A stretch of DNA of 63,626 bases, the filler included, from Pelomyxa schiedti (lineage: Eukaryota > Protista > Evosea), in assembly GCA_020536535.1 (NCBI GenBank). It is 8 parts of 8 records of this genome, joined end to end, with 100 filler letters (N's around TTAATTAATTAA, not from the genome) between each part and the next. Parts side by side here need not be neighbours in the genome. Positions count along the whole stretch, not along the records: positions 1,192 to 26,565 come from JAHLWZ010001049.1; 7 more parts are not named here. One strand, 5' to 3'. Under the pieces are notes generated by a model that was not told where the DNA came from, did no database searches, and saw nothing but the letters and a program-made list of their open reading frames with translations. Below, piece after piece: positions 12,275 to 25,669 of this stretch. Each line of letters starts with the position of its first letter. Position 1 is the first letter of the stretch. A program made the translations under genes and the position numbers.

Positions 12275-15200
12275 CTGTGCCTGTGCCTGTGGCTGTGCTT
12301 GTTCCGGTGGCTGTGGTGGTGCCGCTGATTGTTACTGTGGTGTTGGCTGGTTCCTTCTGTCTATTAGGTGAGAAATGGGCAGCCAATACATCCATCTCCC
12401 TAAAAAGTGCGTTTTCGTCTTTGGTGAAGTCCCACTTTCCATTGTATTCAAATGCATAATCAAAGTCTATGCTTAGTATGGCGTTATTTTCCCCAAGGCT
12501 ACAGTGCCCTGGAGAGTCTCGCTTTCGTAACGTGGTTGGTGCTACAGGCGTTGCTTGTGCCTCTTCACGGTCAATCGGCTCAGCTTGAACTACTGAAATG
12601 CTCTGAAATGGATGGCGTGTGAGGCAAACGTATTTGTACAATCGTCTTGCAAAAGCAATAGAACACCACTTCAGCCAATTTTGCAGTCCTTCCTGAAGGT
12701 CAGACAGTATTTTTTGTTTGTTCTCTTCGTTTTCCAGTAGTCGCAGTAGGTGGTGTCGGCGGGGTGGCATAATGTGTTTTTCCAGCATAGCAGCAGCTTC
12801 TGCAATATAAGGGAACTTCAATAGCTGAAGGTCAAAAGGGGGAGGGATCCAAGATAGATGGAATAAGCGTGTTAAACAGCAGGATATAGTAAACCACGAT
12901 CCCTTCAGAACTGGAGACCAATCTCCTTTTCTAAATTCTAAGTCATTGCACCACAGTGTGAAGGCATTCCAGTTAATTTGTGAGCCAGGTGTTGTCTTTG
13001 TTGCCTCTGGCTTTAGTGGCTCTGCCTGTGGAAGGAGTTTCGAATCAGCAAGGCAAAGAAGATTAAGGCAATCTTGTAACCCAAGTGTTGGATTTGAATC
13101 GATGACTGAATATTGTCAAAAAAATCTCAATAAGAGAAAGGTTACCTGAAATCAAGTGCGTAATAAGAGAACTCGTATTCATTAGTTTGTCACCACAGTC
13201 ACTAACTTTTTTACCTTTGCACATTTGAATAGGGGGCAAATGTTTTTAATTTTTTTACCTGATTGACATGCATACAGTATATAGGTTTTAGAGCCCGAGG
13301 GCTGGGGTGCTGGGCCTGAGCCCGTCATTATCTCACGACAACAATCCAGTATAATGATGCTATATTTCACTTTCGCAAGTGATTCTATTTTTCGGATGAT
13401 TGATGACAGGCTCTTCTCGTTTTGATGTGCAAAATTAATTTGAGGCTTATTGGGAGGGAGTTTTTGAACACTGGCACTTGCTTGTGTTGAGGAGGTTGTG
13501 AGCAAACTGTCCGCATCCGAAGTTAAAGGTTCTTTTGTCTGAGTTAGGGAATCAGGGTCTTCAGAAGATGGAGTTGCATGAGATAGTGCAATTGTATTAT
13601 GCAAGGCAATGCGTATGGAAGAGCGGCGTATAGGTGAGGAAGGGTGAAAAGTCTGGGAAGGTATGCGAGGGGTATCGTCTTGGGTATTGGAGGGTAATTC
13701 CAGAGAGGATGCACTGGCAGTTGATGTAACAGGGGAAAGAGCAGGTTTCTGTGCAGTGCCCAAGAGAGGACGATGTGTTCCCAGTGCGGCCACACGGGAG
13801 TCATCCGGACGATGCTTTTCGTCAGCTGAAGGTGGAACCATTTCAAGCCACATATCGGTCGTGTCTTCATGGCCATGGCCAGCATAATAAAAAAGGGATA
13901 TTGCCTTTTTCACTGATTGGAGGTTCTGCATGTGCTTCTCGAATTCCATTTCAAACCCAGATAAGCATAAATCCAAACCAGCCTCATAATTGTTGCACTT
14001 AAATTCGCCAAAAGTTTCAAGTCTTGTCTTTAAATCAAAGGCATCATTCTGTGGGCTTGAAAGAGTTTGACGGCCTAGCCCATAGTGGGAGTTACCAACA
14101 AGTAATCCAAAGCAAGATCCTATCTGACTGAAACGTGTGCCTGTTCCAAAAGGAATCTCGGCGGTTGTCACTACCTCCTTAAAGGGTTCTCTTACGCGAT
14201 GAATTGTGTTCAGATGGCAAGTGAACAGCTGTGATCCAAGGTATTCACAACAGCTGTACCCCTTAGGCTTAAGGATTTTGTTGGGTTGACTCATCCGTAT
14301 GTCCCAGGTACATAACCCTTCATCTGTAACTACACAAAGTGCATCATATGAGAGTGACGAAGAACTTTGCTGCCCATCAAAAGAGAACCAATTGATAGTA
14401 CCAGAATGAGGATAGGTGAACACAATGCTTTTGCGGTCTCGGAAATCTACCAAATAAAGACTGTTTGCTACACTCAAGCAACAAAATTCTCTGAACCGCG
14501 GCCAGATTCTATATGCTTAATAAGAGAGTGTTCTTAAAATGGGGATTCAACTTGCATTGCTGGGGTAGCAGATACTGTATTGTTCTACATTCCATTCCTC
14601 GCTCTATGTCATAATTGCAAAGTCCGAAGTCTCCAGCAAAAATTACATTTCTCTTGTTCATATCGAAACTGCGGATGAAAGCTGGCCCACCTCCGAATGG
14701 TGGAAGCGAAATTTCTTGCTTTTGGCACCATTCAATAGAGGGAATGGAAGGTTCTGTTTCCGTAACGCTAGGAGTAATGCTTCCATTGCATTGGGTCAAG
14801 TGCCACTTGTCGTTAATGGAAACAGCAACAGCATTGAGATCTGGTTTCATAACAAGAGATACGAGAGGCATACTGGGATACTCTGTATACCCAGTAAACA
14901 TTTTCTCGTCAGATTTTGCCAACAGCCTAAGATGTGGTTTTTTTTGTACCTTGTTGGCCCCTATAAGAAAGTAAAAGTGTCTGTCATTGCAAGTGATGCT
15001 ATTTCATACCGTTTACCCAATACAGTGACAGTACAGGTAATTTTTTGTATGAAACGGCTGCAACATATGGCCGCGATTCGCCAACAAGAAGAGTGTCACA
15101 AGTACTTGAATCCGCACCTTGTGAAGCAGCCACGGCAACTCTTCTAAGACCTTCAAATTCTGGTGTGTCGCACAACTTCTCTCCCTAACCATGTGTTTGG

Positions 15201-15380
15201 AGGGGGGGGGGGAAAAAAAATTACCACTTACAGGACATGACGCAGAGACAAAAATCCACTTCTGGGAATGCTTGGTGTAGTCGAATGGGTGGTGGTACGT
15301 TTTTACAGCTACAAATCCCACGTCTGTTTCCTCAAGGCTATGAGACTTTCCACCCAAATTCGTAAAAGATACCTGCAAGA
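12183..15380 (-). CDS. Multi-exon protein with WD40-like beta-repeat region and peptidase C14 (paracaspase/bacterial caspase-like) domain; 5' end uncertain
   Basis: GLLVGNSHY...LSSPQNDAFDLKTRLETFG...SLFYYAGHG (His motif) and IIILDCCR (Cys motif), then YILYACQSG. Upstream beta-rich repeats ending LCNYD, YLVDFR, LCTWDIR. Confidence 0.75.
12226..12290. repeat. (GTGCTC)n/(GTGCCT)n hexamer tract encoding a TS/TG dipeptide run
   Basis: Directly visible tandem hexamers at the 3' end of the caspase-like gene. Confidence 0.9.
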
Positions 15381-15727
15381 AACCAAGCGAAAAAAAAAAA
15401 AAAAGCGCATCAATATTACCGCCTTTCTGTATAAAATCACACAGGACATATTTGCGTGAAATCTCCTTCTCCAGATCGCCACCAGTATCGCTCGATTGGT
15501 TCGTTTTTTCCCGCTGCTGGCGGTGTAGAAGATGAAGTAGAACGTTTCATTTTCCCCTATTTTTTTTCCCTAAGTTGTTGCACTGGTCAAAGAGATCAGA
15601 TCTGATCTGGTCCTGAGCCAACGTCTAGTTGAAAACGATGGTATTTCCCCAGTACACTACCCCAGGGCAATGATGCCAAAGAGCATTTACCTGTCAAGCC
15701 TAGATCATTATTGTAACCAAAGTGTTG

Positions 15728-18700
15728 ATGCAGCAACAGCATGTGTCCCGTACGGCCGATGAGAACAAAGGATCTTTGACCGGAAGCAAGGATGAGGGCT
15801 ACATGTCCTTCCGTGCAATTTCTCCTCGGGGATGGACTATTCCTGAGAGGTTATTATTGTCTCACGTTGTGCAAAAGGTGCTTTTTCCCCTTTTTCTCCC
15901 GTGGTGTTGGTTCGACTTACGTGCGTTTTTCAGGTTGGGGACGTTAATTGGAAGGCAGTAGCAAAAATGATGACGGAGTCATCACCGCAAAATGTGAGCC
16001 CTGACGACCCAAAGAGAGACAAATTGTTTTTTACATCTAAAAACTGTGCTTCTGAGGTAATTCCCTCCACTTATTTTCACAAGCCTTATACATCATGCCC
16101 AAATCCAATAAAGAACCCTTGTAGTACTACCAAATGATGGAGGAGGTTGACAATGAAAAAACAAGAAAAATGAGTGGTAGAAGGCCCAAGCAATCCCCAC
16201 AGAAACCGTCTAGAGGACCTGAATCAAACATTCCTGGCCTTGTTGCAGATCACATTAGGAAAGTACGAATACAACAGCTGAAGCAATCAATCCTCCAAAA
16301 AGACAAAGCTATTTTACAGCTGGAGCAAGAGATAGCTGATGTAGAAAGTGGCAAATGCGATTCCATTCTTGATAAAATGTACGAGGAATTGTGTAAAGAA
16401 CATGTCACATCTGCAGCTGCAGCTGCAGCTGTTGCTTCTGCTACTTCGTTTCAGGAGGTTGAGGGCGACCAAACTGCCACTCCTGCTGTCGGTATAAGCA
16501 ATACACCTTCTCCAGTACCACCTCCGTTATCTCCATCAGTTTCATCCCCTTCCCCACCAGCAATGTCCACTCCCAGTTCCCCTCATGGTCTTTCTGAGAG
16601 AAGAGAGAAGAAAGAAAAAGCCCTCGTGGAACAACTTTTTGATGTAGAGTCACCACTCCCGGTCAACCTTAAAAAACCAAACAAATCCGATGGACAGAGC
16701 GATACTTCAGAGGGAAAACCCACACCCACCATTGTAGAACTGCCATCAGAAATTCTGGCCCCTGAAAAGGAAAGGGAGCATATCGTGGATTCTTCTGAAG
16801 ATAATGCAACCAGAAAAAGAAAACGAATAGAAGACGAGAAGACAGCTAATGGTGGGACCCTACAGGAACCCCCTCCTCAACAGCCATCCCCAGAAAAACG
16901 GTCACGGTCTTCCTTGGGTAATGACTCAGCACAAAAGCAACAAGCTAACCCACCAATAATACCACAATCTCCAACGGAACATAAAGTGGATATCCCTGTT
17001 AGTACCCTCCCTGTGACGGAATCTGACGCCCTGAGTAAGGTGCAAAATGTGCTTTCTGACAAGCAAACCTTGTTACAAGTAGCCAATATACCAGTTGAAC
17101 CTCATTGCCAATCTGTACCACTGACACACATCACTCAACCTGAACTTCAACCTCAACAACCTGAACCTGAACCTCAACCTCAACCTCAACCTCAACCTGA
17201 ACCCGAACCTCAACCTAAACATCAACCTCAACCTCCTACACCTCAAGTTTCGTTGGAGCGTTCCGAGACCGTTACCTCGTGCCAAAAAAGTGATGTTTCG
17301 AATCCCAAAGAACTGGATACAGAGCCACCTGGATCACCCAAATCAGACCGACCTCTATTACCAGTTGCAGACAATACAGATTCAAATGTGATTGCTGAAA
17401 TCAATTCTAGCATGGAATGTGACCCTCTCACATCACACCAGCCAGTAATTCCTCAGGAACAAGTCCCTGAAAAAGAGGAACACCACCATAAGGAAGTAGC
17501 AAAAGAAATTGTTTCTACTGAAACTCTTACCATGGTTGATGACACAAGCAAGGATCAGAAACTAATTGCTAATGACCCAGTGCTTTCTCAAGACTCACAA
17601 CCGTGTGTATCATCTAGCTCAGAAATAAAAACAAGTGGAACGACTAAACCTGAAGAGGCAATCACACATCCAGTTCAAAGTGCACAATTAGAAGCACAAC
17701 AGCCCTCAACTAAAACAGCATCTCATCCCCTTCCAAAAGAACAAGAAGCGTCACAAAAGCTTTCAGCTAATGACAAAATCCCTTCAAAGAACACTGTGCA
17801 AAAAACCAAGCCAGGGGATCCGTCTAAAGTTCCTAATCAAACTACAGTGCACTCAAGTATAAAGCCCCAAATTATAACCACAAAACCACCAATCAAACAC
17901 CCTGTGAAACAACCAGAGAGTGCCCATTCAACGAAGATTCATGATAGCCTGAGCAAACTTCATGACAACCCTGAACGTGCCAAACCTCATGAAAGTCATA
18001 TAGATAGGCTTCAGAATCCACACGCCACTAAACCTCTGGACAAATTTGCACCAACTAAACCTCAGGACAAATCTGTGCCAACTAAAGCTCCAGACAAATC
18101 TACACTAACTAAACCTCAGGAAAAACCTGTAGTAATGAAGCCTCAGGATAAATCTGCTCCGACTAAACCCCACGACATTTTGTCAGTTCCCAAAGCCCAC
18201 ATCAATGCAGTTTCTACCAAGCCTCATGACAACACAGTCCCTAATGCTCACCACCCAACTGTAGGCAAACTTCATGACAACGCAGCTTCTACGAAATCTC
18301 ATGACACAGTGCCACCTGCGAAACCTCACGTTGCACCAAGTGAAAAAGTTCGTGGAACTACAGCACCTCGAGTTCACGATGGCACCACCTCTAAACCCTC
18401 AAGCTCAGTTCCTGTTAGACCACATGACAAGTCATCTACCAATAAATCTCAAGAGAACTTGGCCGCACCAAAACTTCACAGTACACCAGTCAAGCATACA
18501 GACTCCAGTGTGACCAAATCTCTTCCCGCAGAACCTTCATCAAAACCTGAATCTGAAAGTGGTTCACGCTTAAAGGATGCCCCTTTGAACACCCACCAAG
18601 AGGATTTAAATAAGGCCTTGCCAAAATCCCTGCAAGAAAGTAATCAGAAACACACTGAAGCTGCGGTCAAAACGAAATCATCAACCGAACAACCTTCAAT

Positions 18701-20195
18701 TACCACTAGGCAGCCCTCTCAGCAAAAACCAGTGAAACAACTCACATTAGAAGCCACGGCACCACAGCCCAACACTAAATCTACACAGGCCAATAAAAAG
18801 CTCACACCTACCAATGCACACCCACAATCTGTTCCCTTACATACGGCAACAAAACTGACCCCTCAAATGCAAGGATCCCTTTTTCAGATATGGAAATCAA
18901 TATCAAAACAACCAGAAGCCTTCTGGTTTCGCGAGCCTGTTGGTGACGAAGCTTCTGATTACGATGAAATAATTAAAGTCTCTTCATCGAACTCCCTCCG
19001 ACCCACGCATTAATAAATGCCACAGGAAAGAATCGACCTGAGAACCATAAGGCTTAGACTATTAAGTGGGAAGATACAGAGCCCTGTTGAGTTTTACAGG
19101 CTGTTTATGTTAATGTTTGCAAATGCTTTTGTGTTCAACCACGAACACACCGAAATCTTTATGCAAACGGCAAATCTAAAGAAGTATTTCCTCGATGCTT
19201 TGCACAGATCCAGTGTATGGTCTGTGATAGAGGAATCCATCACCGGAAAGACTGAAACCCAGAAGCCAACCAAAAAAACGGATACTGAGGACTCAAGACC
19301 AAAAAACCAAACTTCTACTACTGCCAGCAAAATTGAATCCTGTGTGAAAAAACCTTCTGATCCAAGTCATGCACTAGGTCAGCACAACATCCCTCCTTCA
19401 AAAGCGGCCTCACAGTCTAGACTGACAGGCCAAAAGCCACTTCAGCCACCGAAATCATTACCCCAGGAAAAGCCAAATGCGCAATCAACTTCACAACACG
19501 CCTTACCACACAAACAAGAAAAAGAAACGTCATCAACAACATCCACTGCAAAAGGTGTTCATGAGTTGAGTTCGGGTCTTCTCGTCACTCACACCAACAC
19601 CCTCGAAAAGTATTTCCCAGTCAACGAGACAGGACCTCAGAAAGGGTCTATTACACAATCAGCACCTGAAGTGCCAACTAAATTACCTCCAGAGGCCCTT
19701 TCTACACCAGCGCAACAACCCCAGTTGACCACTTCAACAACTGACTTGCCCGAAGCAGACACAGAGCAAACAATTCCACCCCCACAAGCACCAAGGCTAC
19801 CGCATGCTCCCCATTCCTCACGTAGAAGAAGACCAATTTCCAGTGTCCCGGCAGTGGCACCGGTCCCAGCCACAACCTCGAACCCCACGCACACAACTAC
19901 CGCACCAGAACCCTCCAAACCAACAACAACTTCCGCCGCCACCACCACAACACCGCCCGAAACAACTGAGAACCCACACCAAGAGCAATCACAACAACCG
20001 CAACTACAATCACAACCTGAACCGCAACCACCTACGCAACTCCCAGACAATACAAATCCGGTGCCCGAAGCGGCGGCCACAACTACAGACCCAACAATGA
20101 CACTCACCATCACCACCGGTGGTGATTCAGCCACACCACCTGCTCCCAAGAAATCTCGCCTACAGCAACAAGATGGCCAATCCCAAGACGGCTGA
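15728..20195 (+). CDS. BRD8: BRD8-like bromodomain protein (NuA4/TIP60 subunit family)
   Basis: N-terminal WTIPERLLLSHVVQK-VGDVNWKAVAKMM...FFTSKNCASE followed by a coiled coil, resembling the BRD8 N-terminus. Bromodomain AFWFREPV...DYDEIIK/ERIDLRTI...LMFANAFVFN is split by an intron near 18978-19026. Confidence 0.75.
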
Positions 20196-20377
20196 CCTGT
20201 TTGTAAATCGAACCCTTAATTAACCAGATTTCTCATTACACCTTTTCCTGAATCCGGAAGAAAAAGTACACACCCCTTCGTGTCTTCTCAATCAAAAGGA
20301 CCAAAACAAAAAAAAAAAAACGATCCAAGAGCCGGCTCCAACAAAGAGAAAACAGAAGGGAAACCGAACACAATACA

Positions 20378-23300
20378 ATGGAACAAATACTCGAGGCAAT
20401 AGCCGACAATGTATCCAATTTGATGATGGCTGCTTCGAAAGCAGGTCTCGTTTGCATTCTCTGTCGCCTCTTTTTTTTTTTTCTTTTTGCAAATTGTCGT
20501 TGGTTGTGTGTTTTTCTTTTCTTTCCCTCTTGATTGATAGTATCCACAAATATCTCCGTCGAAAAAGGGGGTGGAGTTGTATTTGGCAACATGGTACCAG
20601 CCGCTCAGCTGATCAAAAACACCGTGGATGGGATATGCACTGCCGCCACAGAGTCTCCTGCCCTGTTATCTGTGCCAGAGATAAAGGTACTTAGTAGGAG
20701 AGATACTTTGGAGTAACATAGGAAATTTCTAAGTCTAGGATGGCTGAAGAAGCTGCGGAGCTTAGGGGAGCAACTCAGTCCCTGTTGACTTGCACGTCAA
20801 AAGCACGAGATTGTACTGGAAGGTATTTCTTTCCCAGAACTGCAAATGATCTATTAACCGTGTATTAATTACTGTTGGCTTTGTTCAGTGCTCAACAAGA
20901 AGCGCAGCAGGGAGCAATTACGGCAGCTAAAACTGTTTTACAGAGGGTTGTGAACCTCGTTCTCACTGAGGATTACTACAATATTCTTCAGTTCGTGGAA
21001 GTTGCCAAGTGTTCAGCTGAAGCCTCTAAGTATGTTAAGAGATTTACCCAGGTGGAATAATACGTGAATAGGAAACTCAGCACTGCCAATACACTGCAGC
21101 ATCTAGTTCCTCATGTATCGGCCTGTAATGACCAACACATCGAATTGATCAAGGCAATGGCTTCAAGAAAAGCCTTAACCCAGTCCTCTTCCTATCAAGC
21201 TACCTTTGATGAATGTATAGAAGATTTGAAAGTTGCTGAACCTAAACACATTGAGTGTGTGTGATTTTATAATTGCCAGCGTTTCTTGACTATTTCATCC
21301 AGGTGTCCATGCAGCCATTAATAATCCCAGCACGGACTCTACAGCTGCAGCAGAGAACGCTCTTCAGGGTGTGATAACAGTGATTGATAGAGTGATCTAT
21401 TTGGTCAAAGACATCGCAGCTTCGAATCAGAATTTCATCGAAGGGGCCATGGCAGATCGACCAATTACAACTGTTAGAGAAGACGACCTGGAAAAAGTAA
21501 ACCGATGTTCATCTAGAATTCATATCTAAGTGCATGAAGAAAGTCTCAGAGTTTGTAACCAGTCTCGGTTCTGTAGTTCCAGCAATAAGGAGCCACGATC
21601 ACACTGCTGCAGCAAAAGAAGTAGTTCTCCACGCAAATCAAGTAACTGAAATTGGCTCCCCAACTTTTACTGATAGCAAATCTTTGGTGTCGAGGTTGCT
21701 GCAGCTCTCAGAGCTGTGGCGGATGAGTGCACTGATCCTACAAGAAAAGCATTGATTGAGGCGTCACTTCCCCAGATTCAACAAAAAACCGCAAAAGTTC
21801 TAGCAGCCATGAAGAATGTTGTCGAACACCCAAATGGTTATCTTTCCCAAATTTTTCCCTGTATGATGTTGTATCAAGATCCGGCTGCTGCGAAAGAACT
21901 TGAGGATGTACTTCAAAATCTCAAGCAAACACTGGTAACCTTTTAACTATGGAACCTTATGGTAATATTTTTTAGCGGGCAGTCACTGCTTTTGCAACAG
22001 GGAGCCTAACAGATATAGCTGCAGTCACTGGCGTATCTGCTTTAGAAGTAATGCAAGACCTGAAAAAGTTTGTACAAATAAAAGAAAAAGTAATTTTCGA
22101 CAAATGAAATACTAAAAACGGTAATAAACCAAAGGAGTATAGAAATTACTGATGGGGCTTCAGCTCAACGAGCACAGGGCATTCTGGCAACAGGCCTAGA
22201 GGCACACATTGCTGCTGCAAGTATTCGAGCTTCCATAGATTCTTGAGAGCTAAAATCAAATAGGAGCACTTCTTGAAACTACAACTGATCCCGTGCACCG
22301 TGCCCAAATAGAGGAAGCAATTCACAAGTTGGAAAATATCAAACCAAAGCTGTTGGTTGCAGCTCAGTATGCCATTGGTATAGAATACCACAACATTTTA
22401 TTATGTAACTCCGCTTTAGACCACCCCAATGACATGGAGGCACGACCAGTTCTTGATAATTTGATCAATCAAGCAAGGCAAGCAATTATGGTTATCTCTG
22501 GTCCCAGTAAGGTAAGTCAACAATAAGAAGAATGAGATAGCACCAACTTTTACAGGTGGCTGATGCACACTTCAATGGGAGAGCCATAGAAGAATTAGAT
22601 GAAATTATCGCCTCTCTTCAGAGAGATGACAAAAACACTGAAAGAGATTGCGTTGCACATGCCAAGAAATATGGTATAGAAAGCCGATTTCACTCTTTTG
22701 TTAACTTTCAAAGCCGCTGCATTGCAAGCCCAGATAGCCGTTGCCAATGAGGCCCTTGCGAATGTAACAGACCCAAGACGCCGAGAATTAATTCAATCTG
22801 CCATAGTCGAAGAACAGTAAGATTCTATGCTTGTTCCTTCCTATCCTACTTAATATGTAATAATCTCTAGAGCAACTTTGGGTAAAATACTTGAGCTCAC
22901 TAAAGTATGCCTTGCTGACCCAAGAAATACTGCAAAACTCGTTCAACTTCAAGAGATGGTAGCCACCGCCAAGCAGTCTTCAAACAAACTTGTTACCCTT
23001 CTCAAGTGTGGAAACTTTTTGAGATTCGATCGATTCAATTGTGTAGGCCAACTGCGGAAGAGACAGCAGCATCCAGAGAAAAGGAAAAGAATCGTCTGCG
23101 TGAAACTCAGGAAAGAGAGCAAGCTGCTGCTCAACATGCAGCCCAACAAGCTGCACTTCAAGTGCACCATACCACAGCTGTGAGTAAAATTTGTGGCTTG
23201 TAGTAACTTACGAAGGCGATAGGCACATACCGGAGAACGGGTTTCCACACCCATTATAGTTGAGGGTCCGAAACAGCCTCAGATATTTGCAGCAGCACTC

Positions 23301-24011
23301 AAACTTGATGGAGATATCCCAGCTGCTCCAAATAATTCCAGTTCCGAAAGTGGCACTCCACAAGGAAAACTTCTAACATCCAGCCATGGAATTGCCCAAG
23401 TGTGTCACACCTCCAATACCAGATTACTCTGGTTGATGCCTAACCAAAAAAAAAAAGGTTATGGCTAAGCTCTCAGCATTATCAGTGTCAGGTGACATCC
23501 AAGGAATGATAACAGCTTCAAAACAGATATCAACTATGGTAGCAGATGTTATCACACAAGCTAATAAGATTGCAGGTGCCAATTTACCAGAGGTTTCCAC
23601 CTTTTTCTAACTTAGTATTAAGATACTTGCAATGATCCCCGTGTCAAGGCTGATTGTCTCACTTTTTCACAAGCATGTCAGAATTTCGGAATTCAATTGA
23701 AGATTATGTCCGCGGTCAAAGCAGCTTCCAAAGAGGTCCTCCTTTTCCTGGTTTTTGCAAATCCCAAATCTGAGACTTAAATGTATAGAACGATCCTACG
23801 GCGGAAGATCAGCTTATTGCCGCAGCCACAGGTTTATCAAACATGGTTATCAAAACTGTGAAAGCTTGTGAAACAGCACAACTTTTGGCATCACACCCAA
23901 AGGGAACAACCTCCAAGTATGTATCTGACTTGGCTCCCACAGCACTAACTAAGAGTCACACGAACTAGATCCAAACCAGCCACAACAAGCACAAATCAGC
24001 GGAGATCTTGA
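20378..24011 (+). CDS. Vinculin/alpha-catenin family protein, multi-exon
   Basis: Starts MEQILEAIADNVSNLMMAAS, followed by successive helical-bundle exons. Tail domain MITASKQISTMV...CNDPRVKADCL...NFGIQLKIMSAVKAA...AEDQLIAAATGLSNMVIKTVKACETA matches the vinculin tail. Confidence 0.85.
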
Positions 24012-24157
24012 AAGCCGGCCACAAGGCACACACCTACCCTGTCATCTTTTCTGTATTTCCTCAAAAACCGGGTGACTTGGAAAAAAAAATCGCTCGTTTC
24101 AGAATACTGACATTCGTTCGCAAACAACAAACAGATAAAACAAAAAACGAAGGCGAG

Positions 24158-25574
24158 ATGAGATCTAATACGCCAGGGATGATGGGGTCGCAGCACGGTC
24201 CGGCGACAATGCATAACTCACAAATAAGATCTCCCACAGGTCCCCCTCCTCCTTCCATGGTCTTATCGCAACAACACGCACTCGGCGGTCCCGCAATCGC
24301 GCCCGCGTCCGCGGCGCCTCCTCCTTCTTCCGCGACATCCCCGCCTTCCGTGCAAGCGCAAATGCCGCCGACGATGGGAGCTGGCCCAATTCAGCCCCCG
24401 GTTTCGCCGATCAGCGTCGTGCACCCGTTGGTTCCCCCGCCAAACGAGGGGTATTTTCCGCTCCCACCGCCGTCGCCAACTGACCCTCCGCGATTCGCTT
24501 CAATCGAGCACCTTTTGGCGCCGTTTTTCCCGCAGGATTTGTTGGACCCCACCACTAACCACGTTTTGAGGTATGGGCTTTTCTTTTTGTTTGTTTGTTT
24601 GTTGTAGCTAATTGTATGGTTTTTCCATTTATCGCTGGCTAACATGTTGCTATTTCGAAGGGATCCTGTTGTTACCGGTAGTGGAAAGTACTCACTGGCA
24701 ACTTTGCAGCAGAGGAAGGTCGACCCTGTGACGGGGCGTCCACTGCCACAAACGCTGACGGTGGTTGCTCAATTACAAGTCGAAATAGACAATAGAATGG
24801 ATGACCTCTTACAGATATTCATCTCAACTGTGGGTGTGTCTTTTAGTTTTAGTTAAATACTGATGTGAGCAGGCACTGACCTTTTTTGCCCTCCCCAAAG
24901 GCCGACACAGAGATGCCCTCCTCTCTGCCGAATATTCTGCGACTGGCTGAGCTCGTTCGTGATAGACAAACAAGCCCTGCATGTGTTAAACTCTGCAGAA
25001 GCATAATCAACCTTCTAGTGAGGCATTCCTCGTTCCTGTCTCTTGGCAGCTGGCCTGCAGGCTATATTCTATCTATTATCCAGATTGCCAGTCACCCAAC
25101 AGTCGCGGGTTGGTATACTCTTTCCATTGCCACAAACTCTTACTCAAACTCAGAGGTTGGTTTTGTTCATTGGATTTTGAGTGCATGTGGTGAGAATAGT
25201 CGCATCATCCATATGCTTTCACCGGCACAGGTCTCCAATCTACTCTCCTTAGAGTGGTATGCCACAACACGCGAAAAAAGACTGCTTATGAGTGGTACAA
25301 TGCTTGCCATGTTTCCCGAGAAGCAGCAAGACATCGTTAGGCTTATTGCGTGTAAATCGAGAGCAGCTGCTATTGCTCTGGCCAGAGCTCACCCAAACCA
25401 ACAGGACAGGACTTTCTTGTGTAGCACCCTTGGAGAACAGGTACCATTAGTTTGCACCATTTTACTTTCACTTAGCACAAGTAAAAGGTACCGGGACCTC
25501 TTTTTGCTGTTTGTCCCCTTTGTGAAGTAACTTTGAACCCTAACGCCTGGCAATCACACATGGAAGCACACTAG
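24158..25574 (+). CDS. Pro-rich protein with degenerate U-box-like domain and C-terminal C2H2/UBZ-like finger
   Basis: FFPQDLLDPTTNHVLR-DPVVTGSGKYS...DPVTGRPL resembles a U-box. Last exon reads CPLCEVTLNPNAWQSHMEAH*. Confidence 0.6.
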
Positions 25575-25669
25575 CTCTTACATCCAAGTACATTGGGTGA
25601 GGAGGTGTCAGTGACAGTAAACAGAAAAAAAAATTGCTGGTTGTGTATCAAGTACACATGTACAGGATT

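Noticed and set aside
12186-12459. RARARA/VLVLVL ORFs, and likewise EVEVEV/GSGSGS/LPLPLP ORFs at 57298-57686
   Set aside because: Alternate-frame readings of hexamer microsatellites.
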